The position numbers were made by a program, and so were the translations under genes. DNA of 64,000 nucleotides from a virus. Its lineage: Duplodnaviria; Caudoviricetes. The notes below the pieces were generated by a model. It was given only the letters and a program-made list of their open reading frames with translations, ran no database searches and had not been told where the DNA came from. The DNA lies in the IMG/VR virus record IMGVR_UViG_3300042540_000565, positions 2,018 to 66,017 of that record; one strand, given 5' to 3'. This document shows positions 39,194 through 48,591 of the stretch, piece by piece. Positions within the stretch are counted from its first letter, which is position 1, and the number at the start of each line of letters is the position of its first letter.

Positions 39194-39490
39194 TCATATA
39201 ATTTTTATTTTATTATTTTTAATTGCCTCATCAATTTCAATTCCTGTTTTAAAGAAGGGCGTCTTACCATCCCCCTCCTCCACGAGCCATAGGCAGAGGG
39301 ATTCCCATTCTTTGTTAACGGTTACATTAATGACCGCTATAACCTTTTCCCCTACCATAAACTTTTGGTGGGGTTCAAATCCTGTTCCACCTTTTTCATT
39401 CCATAGAGGTTCCGCCCACTCTTGGGTTTCCATTACCGTCTTGGAGGGCAGGAGGTGATCGTAGTTAGTATTGGTTAGGGTTAGAAACAT
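39194..39490 (-). CDS. Hypothetical protein
   Basis: 98 aa ORF coupled to the primase-helicase stop. Confidence 0.5.
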   Translation of the reverse strand: MFLTLTNTNYDHLLPSKTVMETQEWAEPLWNEKGGTGFEPHQKFMVGEKVIAVINVTVNKEWESLCLWLVEEGDGKTPFFKTGIEIDEAIKNNKIKII

Positions 39491-41271
39491 TAGAATGGAA
39501 TATCTTGGTTGTCATTATTAAATTCGTGATTCGGTTCTATAAAACTCCTTGCAGGCTCCATCCTTAATTGAGGGAGGGGAGCTTCAGTTAAAAGGTTGTG
39601 GGTTTGTGGCGACATAAACTTGTCATACATCCTTCCGCTTGGCTTGTGCCACCTAAACTCAATCTCTGAACCAATATCTCCTTGAAAGGCATATTTAACT
39701 TTTAAGTTTTTAAATACTGTCCAGTTATCATTCTCATCAAAGACTCTGTGAATCGCATACCCACAATGAGTTTGGTTTCTAAAGTCAGCCGATCCGGAAA
39801 CATCGTAAAGGTCCGGCATCTTCATAACTCCATCCCTATTCATTTTTGTGGGGTGGGCAACTAAAACAATTAAAACATTGTGAGCTTGAGCAAAAGAGGT
39901 AAGCCTACTTAGTGCCCAATTAATATTCTCACGTTCTGTTTTCTTTCCGGTAAACTCAACCTTGTTGAAGGCATCGATAACAAAAATATTTATACCGTAT
40001 GAATAAATCTGTTCGGTAAACTTTTCAAATATCCAATCCCAAGTTGCGAAGCCTCCATCATCAGGGCTTGTTAGGTAAAGCTTTTGGTCAGCCCAATCTA
40101 TGTATTGTTGGATTTCCTGTTTCGAAACTCTTGGTGTTCCATCCATATCAAAGAAGTAATTCTTCCCGATTACCTTCTGAACAAAGGTGGATTGGTGAAG
40201 TTCCATCGGTTGATGTTCGGGCGAAAAGAAGCTGGCTTTATAATCATTCTCAACCAAAAGGTTTATTACATACCATTCCGTAAAGTTACTTTTTCCATGT
40301 GAAGGTATTCCTGTACAGACAATTAGCTGCCCAAACATAGCCTTGAAAATATTATTCATTCTCTCAAAGGTTGGGTTCTTTACCTGAATGGTTGGGGGAA
40401 GCCCCTTATCGTAAAGGTCAATCATCTTTTCAGACAAGTCCTTTGCGGTGAAGGTTCCACTAACAGGATAAGACGTGGTGTTTTTAACGCTTTTTTCGAG
40501 TTCTCCTGCAATTAAATCCTCGTTGGCATCCTTTCCTACCCAATTTATCCGTTCGCATCTGTAGCGACCTAAACGCTGCGCCATCTTTTCTGCTATCGCA
40601 TTTCCCTTCTCATCATTATCCACCCCGATATAGAATTTCTTTACATCCTTCAGGTAGGGTTCTGAGTTAATCCAGTACTGATCGTTATCATTCGCTCCGT
40701 TGGGTACTGATACTACATTCTTAATCCCTATTTGGATTAAGCTAAGTACATCAATCTCACCCTCTACGATATAAAGTTCGTTAGAAAATATTGCCGAGTT
40801 TATATTGTACAGGATAGGCTTACCATCCTTGGATTGGGTGAAGTTTTTACCCGCATCTCTGTACTTCTTATTCACCAACACATCACCCTCAAAGTAATTG
40901 AAAACAATATTGTTAACTTCCTTTTGGGGGCGGGGCTGATAATACTTTTCCTCGGTTATGTTCATGTCCTTCAGAACATATTGCTTTATTCCTCTGCCTT
41001 CAAAATACTTTACTAACCTGTCTGATAGTTCGGTGTAGTTCGTCCACGTTTGGGGAGGCAACACATACTTCTTTTGGGTTTCAAACTCAACCTTGTCACG
41101 TATTGATATCGCCTCACAGTAGTGACAAAGGGCCACGCCCTTGTCAATGTTTACCGATAAAGATCTGTCTGCCTTATTTGACCTTGTTGGATTACAGTCC
41201 GGGCACTTTGTCTTAATGTTCCCAGAGTTCTTTCCGCCAAGGTTAATATCCTTCCATTCAATTTTCTTCAT
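39490..41271 (-). CDS. Bifunctional primase-helicase (T7 gp4/Twinkle-like)
   Basis: Zn finger CPDC...CHYC, TOPRIM VEGEIDVLS...GVDND, Walker A TGIPSHGKS, LVAHPTK, SGSADF. Confidence 0.92.
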   Translation of the reverse strand: MKKIEWKDINLGGKNSGNIKTKCPDCNPTRSNKADRSLSVNIDKGVALCHYCEAISIRDKVEFETQKKYVLPPQTWTNYTELSDRLVKYFEGRGIKQYVLKDMNITEEKYYQPRPQKEVNNIVFNYFEGDVLVNKKYRDAGKNFTQSKDGKPILYNINSAIFSNELYIVEGEIDVLSLIQIGIKNVVSVPNGANDNDQYWINSEPYLKDVKKFYIGVDNDEKGNAIAEKMAQRLGRYRCERINWVGKDANEDLIAGELEKSVKNTTSYPVSGTFTAKDLSEKMIDLYDKGLPPTIQVKNPTFERMNNIFKAMFGQLIVCTGIPSHGKSNFTEWYVINLLVENDYKASFFSPEHQPMELHQSTFVQKVIGKNYFFDMDGTPRVSKQEIQQYIDWADQKLYLTSPDDGGFATWDWIFEKFTEQIYSYGINIFVIDAFNKVEFTGKKTERENINWALSRLTSFAQAHNVLIVLVAHPTKMNRDGVMKMPDLYDVSGSADFRNQTHCGYAIHRVFDENDNWTVFKNLKVKYAFQGDIGSEIEFRWHKPSGRMYDKFMSPQTHNLLTEAPLPQLRMEPARSFIEPNHEFNNDNQDIPF

Positions 41272-41972
41272 ATCGGGGGGGTGAATTTCTTGACCGTAAC
41301 TGCACTATTTAAAAACCTACTAAGTTTATCGGGGCGTGTAATAAACTCAGGAGTTAAATACACGAGGCCTGTTTTAATATGATGATCGTCATTTTTACAA
41401 TTTCGAATTGCCTTATTAAAATCTTCGGGAGTATATCCTTCTTTTAATCTTGCCTTGAATTGTAATTTTGATTTTGAGTCGCCTCTAAACTTCTTTCCTG
41501 TTATATCATTTAAGGCAAAAATAAACGAATCGTACATATACTCTTCTTCTTTCTTTGTATCTTCTTTAGTATTTGTATTAAGATTAGTTCTTTGTATAGG
41601 GGCACTTTTACCGACATCAGCGTTTGCTGGTTTCGGTTTTTCCCCATCTCGGATTTCATCATCACTAATCGTGGGCATATCATAAACAACATGGTTCCAT
41701 CCGGTAAACTTACCTTCCGCAGAAACAGACTTTACAGATAACACATATCCCTTTTCTTGAAGGCTCCTCCAAACTCTATCAACGGTTCCTTTTTGCTCCC
41801 CTAAATGTTCGTGAAGATTAGTTTTATAAAGAACCCAATCAGAAGGTAATGAAAGAAGAAAAACAAGCAACCCCTTCTCTTCAAGGGTAAGGGATTTAGA
41901 TTGAGATATTGTATTTGTGATTACCGTAAACCTATCGGTTGTACGGCTCTTTATGATTTGACCTGTATTCAT
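41268..41972 (-). CDS. Replication initiator/replisome organiser (N-terminal wHTH plus Phg_2220_C-like C-terminus)
   Basis: FTVITN...LTLEEKGLLVFLLSLPSDW N-terminus; LKARLKEGYT...YLTPEFITRPDKLSRFLN C-terminus. Confidence 0.8.
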   Translation of the reverse strand: MNTGQIIKSRTTDRFTVITNTISQSKSLTLEEKGLLVFLLSLPSDWVLYKTNLHEHLGEQKGTVDRVWRSLQEKGYVLSVKSVSAEGKFTGWNHVVYDMPTISDDEIRDGEKPKPANADVGKSAPIQRTNLNTNTKEDTKKEEEYMYDSFIFALNDITGKKFRGDSKSKLQFKARLKEGYTPEDFNKAIRNCKNDDHHIKTGLVYLTPEFITRPDKLSRFLNSAVTVKKFTPPI

Positions 41973-42099
41973 AATATTATATTCCCTAAAGCGGGGTCAC
42001 GATCACCTGCAAGCGAAAGAAGTGACCACCTCAGTAGGGTTATTTTAAATTAGTATAGTTTGATTTACTCACTTGCAGGTGTATTAGATTTCAAAGATA
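41973..42099 (-). promoter_or_regulatory. Promoter (TATCTTTG at 42099-42092) plus a structured 5' leader of the initiator gene
   Basis: Interleaved inverted repeats CACCTGCAAGTGA/TCGCTTGCAGGTG and GGTCAC/GTGACC. Confidence 0.55.
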
Positions 42100-42123
42100 G
42101 GAATAAAAGTTAATCCCACAAAT

Positions 42124-42396
42124 TTATTTTTTGATACCAACCCTACATCCTTTTACAGGTTCTTTAACCACGGATAAAGCGACCTTAATTCCCTTCATTT
42201 CCGGATCATCCAAACTGAAATTCCTAACTGAAGCTAATGAGAGATATTCGTTGGGGACGAAGAATGATTCGTGATATTTATCCAAAGCAACCATCTTCAT
42301 GATAGTGTTTTTAACTTTTTGGAATTTTAGTTTTGCATCATTGTTTTTAGACTGAACCTTAATAGATTCGATTTCAAATGTATCTTCTGATTTCAT
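42124..42396 (-). CDS. Hypothetical protein, possibly DNA-binding
   Basis: 90 aa basic ORF. Confidence 0.45.
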   Translation of the reverse strand: MKSEDTFEIESIKVQSKNNDAKLKFQKVKNTIMKMVALDKYHESFFVPNEYLSLASVRNFSLDDPEMKGIKVALSVVKEPVKGCRVGIKK

Positions 42397-42413
42397 ATTA
42401 TTTTAGTTTTTAG

Positions 42414-42647
42414 TTATTTACAATTTTCACATTGAACAATCTCGGTACATCCCCCACAACAATAGGATTTTGGTTTACCGCAGTCTTTGGTTACTTCGAC
42501 TGTTTCTGTATTACCACAGTTTACACACCATCCTATGCTTAACAATCGGATATTGATATATGATAATGCCTTACGATTATTATACCAATCAGGTATGATA
42601 TGATTAGCATACTGAAGAAGAGGTAGTGGATTATATTTCTTTGTCAT
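42414..42647 (-). CDS. Cys-rich Zn-binding small protein
   Basis: CVNC...CCGGC...CENC. Confidence 0.5.
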   Translation of the reverse strand: MTKKYNPLPLLQYANHIIPDWYNNRKALSYINIRLLSIGWCVNCGNTETVEVTKDCGKPKSYCCGGCTEIVQCENCK

Positions 42648-42883
42648 ACTCCAATCCTCCCCTTAGCTTTAGCTAATGTTAATGCCTCACTCATTGACAG
42701 GATAATATCCGCATTGGCTATACCCTCATTATGAATAAAGGTAAAGTGATGACCGCCATACTCACAGGTAGCCCTTACCTGAGAACCCCCTTCCTGGAGG
42801 TGGAGTACCTTACAACCGAAGGTGTCGGCAGCCTTAAATATTTGGTTGCTTAGTTTGTTAAATTGTTTGTTCATATTATTCAA
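42644..42883 (-). CDS. Hypothetical protein
   Basis: 79 aa ORF, overlap-coupled to its neighbours. Confidence 0.45.
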   Translation of the reverse strand: MNNMNKQFNKLSNQIFKAADTFGCKVLHLQEGGSQVRATCEYGGHHFTFIHNEGIANADIILSMSEALTLAKAKGRIGV

Positions 42884-43292
42884 TGTTTAGTTTTAATTTT
42901 TCTCCAGGCTCCGGGAGTACAATATGTAATTCATCCGCACAATAGATAATGATTTGGTCAATAAACTTCATCATCTCCAATTTTGAAAGCTCCCGAGTTC
43001 CTTTTATTCGAGTAAAAGCCTCTCCTGTTTTTTCGGATACCTCTTCCTCTGTTAGGAATATTTTACAGAAAATATCGTGAGCCACTTCTTTAGAGAAGCC
43101 CAGCTCATCACCTACTATCTGCATAGCCACCCAAAAATATTTATTCTGTTGGCCGGTACGTTTCTTCCGGACAATAATATCAAGGGTCTCCCCGATGTGG
43201 GAGGACAGGAACTTAGTTAAAAGATCTTTGTTAAACATCTTAAATGTCCCATCCTCATACACTCGGATTGTTGAGTTGAACTCCCCTATCAT
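42876..43292 (-). CDS. NinB/DUF1367-like recombination accessory protein
   Basis: KRTGQQNKYFW...HDIFCKIFL...TRELSKLEMMKFIDQI..CADELHIVLPEP. Confidence 0.75.
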   Translation of the reverse strand: MIGEFNSTIRVYEDGTFKMFNKDLLTKFLSSHIGETLDIIVRKKRTGQQNKYFWVAMQIVGDELGFSKEVAHDIFCKIFLTEEEVSEKTGEAFTRIKGTRELSKLEMMKFIDQIIIYCADELHIVLPEPGEKLKLNIE

Positions 43293-43696
43293 ATCTTAGG
43301 CAGAGTTATAGCTATTGTCTCTTTGTTATAACTAACTATTGCAGGAAGAATCTCCTCTCCTGTGTCTGCGTCCGCCATAATAATATTAGGATTAAGCGCA
43401 CGTTGTTTGGCCGCAGACTCAACCCCCTTCATCTTCTCAGATAAGGCAACCCATTGTGATACTCCTTTGTAATCGTATCGGGCGGATCCTTCTTTAACCT
43501 CTACCTTGGCTCCATAGAACTCAAAAGACTTACTGTGGTTTTTAGCCTCTTTAATGGCTGATTCTTTTATTTGAGCCAATGATGCCTCTAATACTTTATT
43601 CAATCGCATAAGGTCTATATAAGCCTTTAGTGCATCTACGTTACCCTCTTCAACTTCTGTTACGAGGGAGGTGATTTGGTCAATTGATTCCGTCAT
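43289..43696 (-). CDS. Conserved phage protein in the recombination module
   Basis: 135 aa; helical N-terminus, DADTGE motif. Confidence 0.5.
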   Translation of the reverse strand: MTESIDQITSLVTEVEEGNVDALKAYIDLMRLNKVLEASLAQIKESAIKEAKNHSKSFEFYGAKVEVKEGSARYDYKGVSQWVALSEKMKGVESAAKQRALNPNIIMADADTGEEILPAIVSYNKETIAITLPKI

Positions 43697-43697
43697 A

Positions 43698-44036
43698 TTA
43701 CTTTGTGTTTTTTTTAGTTAGTTCAATCATCATTCGGTTTAACTGCATATCCGGAGAGTGAATTGCCTTACTAAGTAAATACATTGTATAGGCAAACTCA
43801 TTTTGATGAAGGCAAATGGTAGCCAACCTTTCCGTAACAAGGGTTATGTCATTCAGCTCGGTTAATAAATCTATAACGATACCACCAAGAGCTTCGTTTC
43901 TCTCATCGGATATACCAAGGACATCATGTATCTTATCTGAGTCCGGGTTAATTCGTAAGATTGGAGGCACAACCCCCTTATTCGGGGGAAGTGTTTTAAT
44001 TTTATTTTTAAAAATATTTCTAAATAGTTTTTTCAT
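43698..44036 (-). CDS. Hypothetical protein
   Basis: 112 aa ORF. Confidence 0.45.
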   Translation of the reverse strand: MKKLFRNIFKNKIKTLPPNKGVVPPILRINPDSDKIHDVLGISDERNEALGGIVIDLLTELNDITLVTERLATICLHQNEFAYTMYLLSKAIHSPDMQLNRMMIELTKKNTK

Positions 44037-44078
44037 TTAAAGTTTTTATTTAATTAATAATGTTTAACTTACTGAATA

Positions 44079-44705
44079 TCAAAAAGGTAAATCATCAGGC
44101 TCCTCGTTATTAAATTGCTCCAACGGATTTGGTTGTACTACAGGCGCAGCCTTCTTCACTACAGGCTTAGGTACTACCGGTGCAGGCACAGGCGCAGGAG
44201 CCACCTCTACAACGGGTGCTACGGGTGCAGGAGTAACCGCCCCTTCTGACTTGTGGGGGATAGAAGACAACGACATTAGCTTATCGTAAATCTTTTCTGT
44301 GGCGGACCACACTTGGTCAACCGTTACCGTTGATCCTTGTGTCTTATTACATATTGACTGAAAAATAGACTCTAAAACAATTCGTCTTTCTTTGTTTGGA
44401 TCAGCTTGCTTAAATCCTCCGCCACCTGACTTGAAGCCTGGCTTAAATCCTCCGCTTGGTGCAGCCGACTTAGGGCGAATCTTGTAGTTAGTGAAGTTAC
44501 CATTCACCTTGGTCTCTGTAGTGAAGGATGCTTCCTCTCCTACTTTAAACTCCGTACAGGTCGGTGTTCTGTTTAATAACTCCCACATCTGAGATGATCC
44601 CTCATAGATGATTCCGTGTTTGTGCCATAATCCGCTACCATCCTTCGCTGCGAAGCTACTTTGGTTTTCTAAAATGTTTAGAATTTTTGCTGTTACTTCA
44701 TTCAT
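44079..44705 (-). CDS. Single-stranded DNA-binding-like protein
   Basis: Beta-rich OB-like N-terminus, Gly-rich linker, Pro-rich tail ending EEPDDLPF. Confidence 0.6.
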   Translation of the reverse strand: MNEVTAKILNILENQSSFAAKDGSGLWHKHGIIYEGSSQMWELLNRTPTCTEFKVGEEASFTTETKVNGNFTNYKIRPKSAAPSGGFKPGFKSGGGGFKQADPNKERRIVLESIFQSICNKTQGSTVTVDQVWSATEKIYDKLMSLSSIPHKSEGAVTPAPVAPVVEVAPAPVPAPVVPKPVVKKAAPVVQPNPLEQFNNEEPDDLPF

Positions 44706-44706
44706 G

Positions 44707-45039
44707 TTATTTTGTTTTTTTGATTTGTTCTAAAATGATACTTAATATAAATCTTTCTTCTGAAAGCTTAGGGTGTTTCAATATTGCTAATTGCTCTCTT
44801 GCCCACTTTTGGAAGTCTGGGGTAAGAACAACTAATGTTTGGGAGGTGTTCTTAAAGTCTTCCTCATAGAATTTTTTAGGCACACTCTTATCAATTAGCT
44901 CAGTCGATATGTACTGAATGTTTGATGCGCCATCGCCATTTGATTTAAGGCTGCGAACTCTTAGCCTTACGATATCCAATGTCTCCACAGGGATACGTAC
45001 TCTCCTTACATAGAAGGGATGTTTTTTTTCTTTACTCAT
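44707..45039 (-). CDS. Probable ribbon-helix-helix DNA-binding protein (two repeats)
   Basis: VRRVRIPVETLDIV and TLVVLTPDFQKW strand-helix repeats. Confidence 0.4.
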   Translation of the reverse strand: MSKEKKHPFYVRRVRIPVETLDIVRLRVRSLKSNGDGASNIQYISTELIDKSVPKKFYEEDFKNTSQTLVVLTPDFQKWAREQLAILKHPKLSEERFILSIILEQIKKTK

Positions 45040-45047
45040 TTTGTTTT

Positions 45048-45266
45048 TTAATTAATAATATCCATTTGTCCATTTAAAAAGTCCGAGAGCAATTCCTCCG
45101 CCTCTACAAACCTGTCCCAAGCGCCAGATGTTATGTCGCTCTCCTCTACATCACCGAACATTCTTTTTGATTCGTAGTAGAAGTTTTCTGTTTGTGTGCG
45201 GTACAAATAAAGCGCTCTGTCTATAATCTTTATTTGATTTGAGTTTAATTTAACTTGTCTTTCCAT
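45048..45266 (-). CDS. Hypothetical protein
   Basis: 72 aa ORF. Confidence 0.5.
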   Translation of the reverse strand: MERQVKLNSNQIKIIDRALYLYRTQTENFYYESKRMFGDVEESDITSGAWDRFVEAEELLSDFLNGQMDIIN

Positions 45267-45277
45267 GTTTATTTTTA

Positions 45278-45505
45278 TTAAGGGTCAATTCGAAGTATGA
45301 ACATAATTACTATCATCACTATTGATATGGCAGAGATAGCTATCATTCCTACGTAGGCTAATAGATAGGCGGGAGCCAATATGTATTTATCTATTGGTGT
45401 CCACGATTCGGGGGCGTTATCTGCTATAAGGTTTACCCAAAAGCAGTAGGCAATTATCCCCGCTACAATAAGCAGGGATATGACAATTGTTTTTATTTTC
45501 CGCAT
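45278..45505 (-). CDS. Two-TM membrane protein
   Basis: Two long hydrophobic helices. Confidence 0.6.
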   Translation of the reverse strand: MRKIKTIVISLLIVAGIIAYCFWVNLIADNAPESWTPIDKYILAPAYLLAYVGMIAISAISIVMIVIMFILRIDP

Positions 45506-45508
45506 AGG

Positions 45509-45727
45509 TTATTCTATTTCGTATTCATCGAGGTTATCAATCTCATCGAGATAATCTTCGAGGGTGGTTAGTTGATCATCTAAATCCGCTGCTGCATCAG
45601 AGTCTTGCCACGTCTCGGATTTCTCTTCCATCCACTCTCGCTTGTTTTCCACGGCTTCCCTTGTTTTCTCTGCCTGAGCTTTTAGATTAAGAACTGCTTT
45701 GTTTAGGTCTTTGATTTCTTTCTTCAT
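45509..45727 (-). CDS. Acidic coiled-coil small protein
   Basis: 72 aa; first gene after the 45755 promoter. Confidence 0.55.
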   Translation of the reverse strand: MKKEIKDLNKAVLNLKAQAEKTREAVENKREWMEEKSETWQDSDAAADLDDQLTTLEDYLDEIDNLDEYEIE

Positions 45728-45747
45728 TGTGTTATTATTAGGTTTGA

Positions 45748-45755
45748 CAAATATA
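45748..45755 (-). promoter_or_regulatory. -7 box TATATTTG (minus strand)
   Basis: TAnnTTTG match in the intergenic gap, 20 nt upstream of ATG 45727. Confidence 0.6.
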
Positions 45756-45872
45756 CTAAAGGTTATTTATATTACCAAGATTGTTGATAAAATAAGTTGT
45801 TTATTTTACTGTTTTTTCATAATGAGTTGGGTTAAAGGATGAGTAAAAGGGTTACTTGAATTAACTGTTTAA

Positions 45873-46142
45873 TTAAATAAGCTGGATTGTCCACTCGTGT
45901 TCTAATTCTCCGAGTTCTTGGTCAGAATCGAAATCATCCTCTTCAGTATATTTTAAAGGTATGCAGGACTTTTCGCACTCATCCCAAATATCATCGGCTG
46001 TAATAGTACATTCACCTTTATCTATCAAGGCATATATAACTGAGAAACCTAATTGAGTTGCCTGATCAATTTGCATTTGGTCATCACCAGTATTGTAATA
46101 CCATTTAAGGAAGCTTGCTTTTGTTATTGTGTAATGTTTCAT
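45873..46142 (-). CDS. Hypothetical early protein
   Basis: 89 aa acidic ORF. Confidence 0.5.
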   Translation of the reverse strand: MKHYTITKASFLKWYYNTGDDQMQIDQATQLGFSVIYALIDKGECTITADDIWDECEKSCIPLKYTEEDDFDSDQELGELEHEWTIQLI

Positions 46143-46143
46143 A

Positions 46144-46704
46144 TTAAAATTGGTTTTTAAGATTAGTTAATTCTTCTGTTATGTATTGTAGTTTAATTGC
46201 AGGATGACTTTGTTTTAAGTTTGCGTCCCACAACTCTTCTGTATTACTTTCAATAGCTGTTATTAATTCATCTATTAAAACCCTCACCTCTCCAATAGAG
46301 AGGGGCGGTCTCATAGGTTTAACTTCCTGACCATCGGGTATAGATACTACGTTACCATCTTCATCGTAGCACTCTTCGTTAAACACATCAGGTATCCAAT
46401 CACTATAGTAGTAGTCATCATCATCAAAGGCTTCTTCGAGAGACGCATAACCTCTGTTCATTGCTATTTTAAGGGCTGACTCTTCGTCAATGGCGTACTC
46501 TTCACCATTACCGAAACAATAACCCTCATTCATTCCCTTGCCTGTTATATTACATTTACGGGCATACAAGTCAGGCTTTTTACTTCCTACCATAGGATAC
46601 CATATCCCGTTCGTTTCCTCCCAATAGTATTGGTGGGGGTTATCAATACCGGAGGCATCATGTACCTGTCCTGTAATTTGGCTAAATAGTTTTGGTCTGC
46701 TCAT
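46144..46704 (-). CDS. Hypothetical early protein
   Basis: 186 aa; CNITGKGMNEGYC motif, acidic. Confidence 0.5.
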   Translation of the reverse strand: MSRPKLFSQITGQVHDASGIDNPHQYYWEETNGIWYPMVGSKKPDLYARKCNITGKGMNEGYCFGNGEEYAIDEESALKIAMNRGYASLEEAFDDDDYYYSDWIPDVFNEECYDEDGNVVSIPDGQEVKPMRPPLSIGEVRVLIDELITAIESNTEELWDANLKQSHPAIKLQYITEELTNLKNQF

Positions 46705-47263
46705 TAGTTGTTTCCTCCTTAATTTTAGTTAGGTATTCATTGTATTCATCATCGGTTAGAAATTCTTTTACCTCGTCCAATATATTCTTAGTTAGGTTAT
46801 CATCCTCCACGAAATAATCTAACTCAAAACCAAGCCTATCTCCTTCGTACTTACCCACATATTTTAGATAGCTCAGGCAGTCATCACTCTCACTATCCTT
46901 TGTGCACTCATACTTACCACCAAAGTCGCATCCTGGTTCGTTGTATTCATTCTCACATTTAACATCAAAGGTTTCAGCAATACGTTTTAATAAAGGATTG
47001 CATGGCGACCATGCTGTGTCGCAGGTGATACTTGTAGACTCCGTTATATCCTCATCAATCCATCCTGTATCTATCCACTTAGTCCCACAGGATTCGTACA
47101 CATCCTTTTTTTCTTTTTCTTCAGGGGTGAATATAGATAGGTCGGTGAGGTAATTAATCTTATCATATTCATCTTTCAATTCTTTTACCCAAAAGGCTAC
47201 TGCCTTTGCTACATTCTCTTTACTTCCCGTAATAAGAATGTAATTACTACAATTATTTGCCAT
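46682..47263 (-). CDS. DUF1281/YubB ferredoxin-like domain protein
   Basis: MANNCSNYILITG...GTKW...CDTAWSPC...YNEPGCDFGG motif set. Confidence 0.75.
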   Translation of the reverse strand: MANNCSNYILITGSKENVAKAVAFWVKELKDEYDKINYLTDLSIFTPEEKEKKDVYESCGTKWIDTGWIDEDITESTSITCDTAWSPCNPLLKRIAETFDVKCENEYNEPGCDFGGKYECTKDSESDDCLSYLKYVGKYEGDRLGFELDYFVEDDNLTKNILDEVKEFLTDDEYNEYLTKIKEETTNEQTKTI

Positions 47264-47275
47264 AGATATTTAGTT

Positions 47276-47593
47276 TTAAATATAATCTGTTAATACTACG
47301 CCTCTGTATCTTTCAATAATACTAAGTATTGTTGAAACATTTTGTTTTGCCACATCTTCTGTGTACTCAATGAAACCCCTGCCACTAAATTCGAGATGAT
47401 CTATATCTACACAGTCTGAAAATATCCAATGGGTATTCCTGTCGTAAACAGGATGAGGGTGGAACATTCTTTCAGAATTATTACATAGCCTCTCTATATC
47501 TTCCCATTCGACAGCTTTATTAACTGACCAATCGTTTAATATTCTCACCTCGTTCTCAAGGTACAATTGCAACTCTCTTCTTATACTTATCAT
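47276..47593 (-). CDS. Hypothetical early protein
   Basis: Likely start is ATG 47593 (MISIRRELQ). Confidence 0.5.
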   Translation of the reverse strand: MISIRRELQLYLENEVRILNDWSVNKAVEWEDIERLCNNSERMFHPHPVYDRNTHWIFSDCVDIDHLEFSGRGFIEYTEDVAKQNVSTILSIIERYRGVVLTDYI

Positions 47594-47594
47594 A

Positions 47595-47828
47595 CTAATT
47601 AGTTTTAGGGTTAGACATTTCATAAATTTCATCAACGGTTTCAATACACATAACAGATGTTACCATTGCGTGTGTAAGGTCTATTTTCGTATAAGATGTG
47701 CCGTTTTTCACATCTATGCTGACTGGTTTAGCCACAATTATTTTATCGGTGTTAATTAAATTAACATCGTCTGTTTTTACCCATTTATTGTTTAGGTATT
47801 TTGCCAAGTGAACTTTTATAATAGCCAT
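47595..47828 (-). CDS. Small beta protein (FlbD-like pattern)
   Basis: LINTDKII...TKI.L...V.CIETVDEI pattern. Confidence 0.4.
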   Translation of the reverse strand: MAIIKVHLAKYLNNKWVKTDDVNLINTDKIIVAKPVSIDVKNGTSYTKIDLTHAMVTSVMCIETVDEIYEMSNPKTN

Positions 47829-47841
47829 ACTAATTAGTTTT

Positions 47842-47877
47842 AAAAAAGCCCCCTACTTTCGTGTATAGGGAGGGAGC
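47842..47877 (-). terminator. Intrinsic terminator (minus strand)
   Basis: GC-rich hairpin followed by TTTTTT on the minus strand. Confidence 0.5.
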
Positions 47878-47897
47878 ATACCTACTACCTTAAAACA

Positions 47898-48068
47898 CTA
47901 TTTTATTCTTGACTCCAAATACTCTATTAAGTATTTTGCGTAGCTTGTTACGTATTCGTTTCCGCCAAAGCTAAATGAGTCTAACTTCTTTTTTACGGAA
48001 GCCTCGTACATAAGCTTAAACGATTCGAAGTCGGCTTTGGTAAATTGCACCATTTTATATTCTTCCAT
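47898..48068 (-). CDS. 56-aa hypothetical protein
   Basis: MEEYKMVQFTKADFESFKLMYEASVKKKLDSFSFGGNEYVTSYAKYLIEYLESRIK* (manual translation). Confidence 0.55.
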   Translation of the reverse strand: MEEYKMVQFTKADFESFKLMYEASVKKKLDSFSFGGNEYVTSYAKYLIEYLESRIK

Positions 48069-48104
48069 AGTTATAAATTAATATATTAAATAAAACTTTC
48101 TAAT

Positions 48105-48566
48105 TTAAAATCTTTTTGCAACTTGTTCGTGGTCAAGTATTCTTGCAATATCTTTAATGATATCCATTAAGTTTGCACTAACATCAGTAAAATTAATTAC
48201 CACATCAATGTACCCAAATGGTTGTTTAACATCAGCCATAAATCTATCATCACCTTTGCAAGTATCGTACTTATCAGTTATCCAACCTAAGTTCCTTTCG
48301 GGTATTGCATCCTTTCTATAACCTAATAGGCTTGTTCTAAATCTACAACTATTTTCATCAGCGGTGAAGAATATCGTATTTATGTAACTTGGACTTTTTT
48401 TAATGGCAAACTGGCTACCATTTTGTTGGTCTTCGTTTGAAACAAATAATGTATATACTTGTTGTAAATCACCAATAAGTTTTTTTAAAAACTCTTTGTT
48501 TCTTTTGATTTTGTTGATTGACTCAACCTTATCATTTCCGATTGCTTGTAAAAATAAATTATCCAT
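48105..48566 (-). CDS. Hypothetical early protein
   Basis: 153 aa ORF with the AACCTTAAAAC leader. Confidence 0.55.
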   Translation of the reverse strand: MDNLFLQAIGNDKVESINKIKRNKEFLKKLIGDLQQVYTLFVSNEDQQNGSQFAIKKSPSYINTIFFTADENSCRFRTSLLGYRKDAIPERNLGWITDKYDTCKGDDRFMADVKQPFGYIDVVINFTDVSANLMDIIKDIARILDHEQVAKRF

Positions 48567-48591
48567 AATGTTTTTGTTTTAAGGTTAGTTA

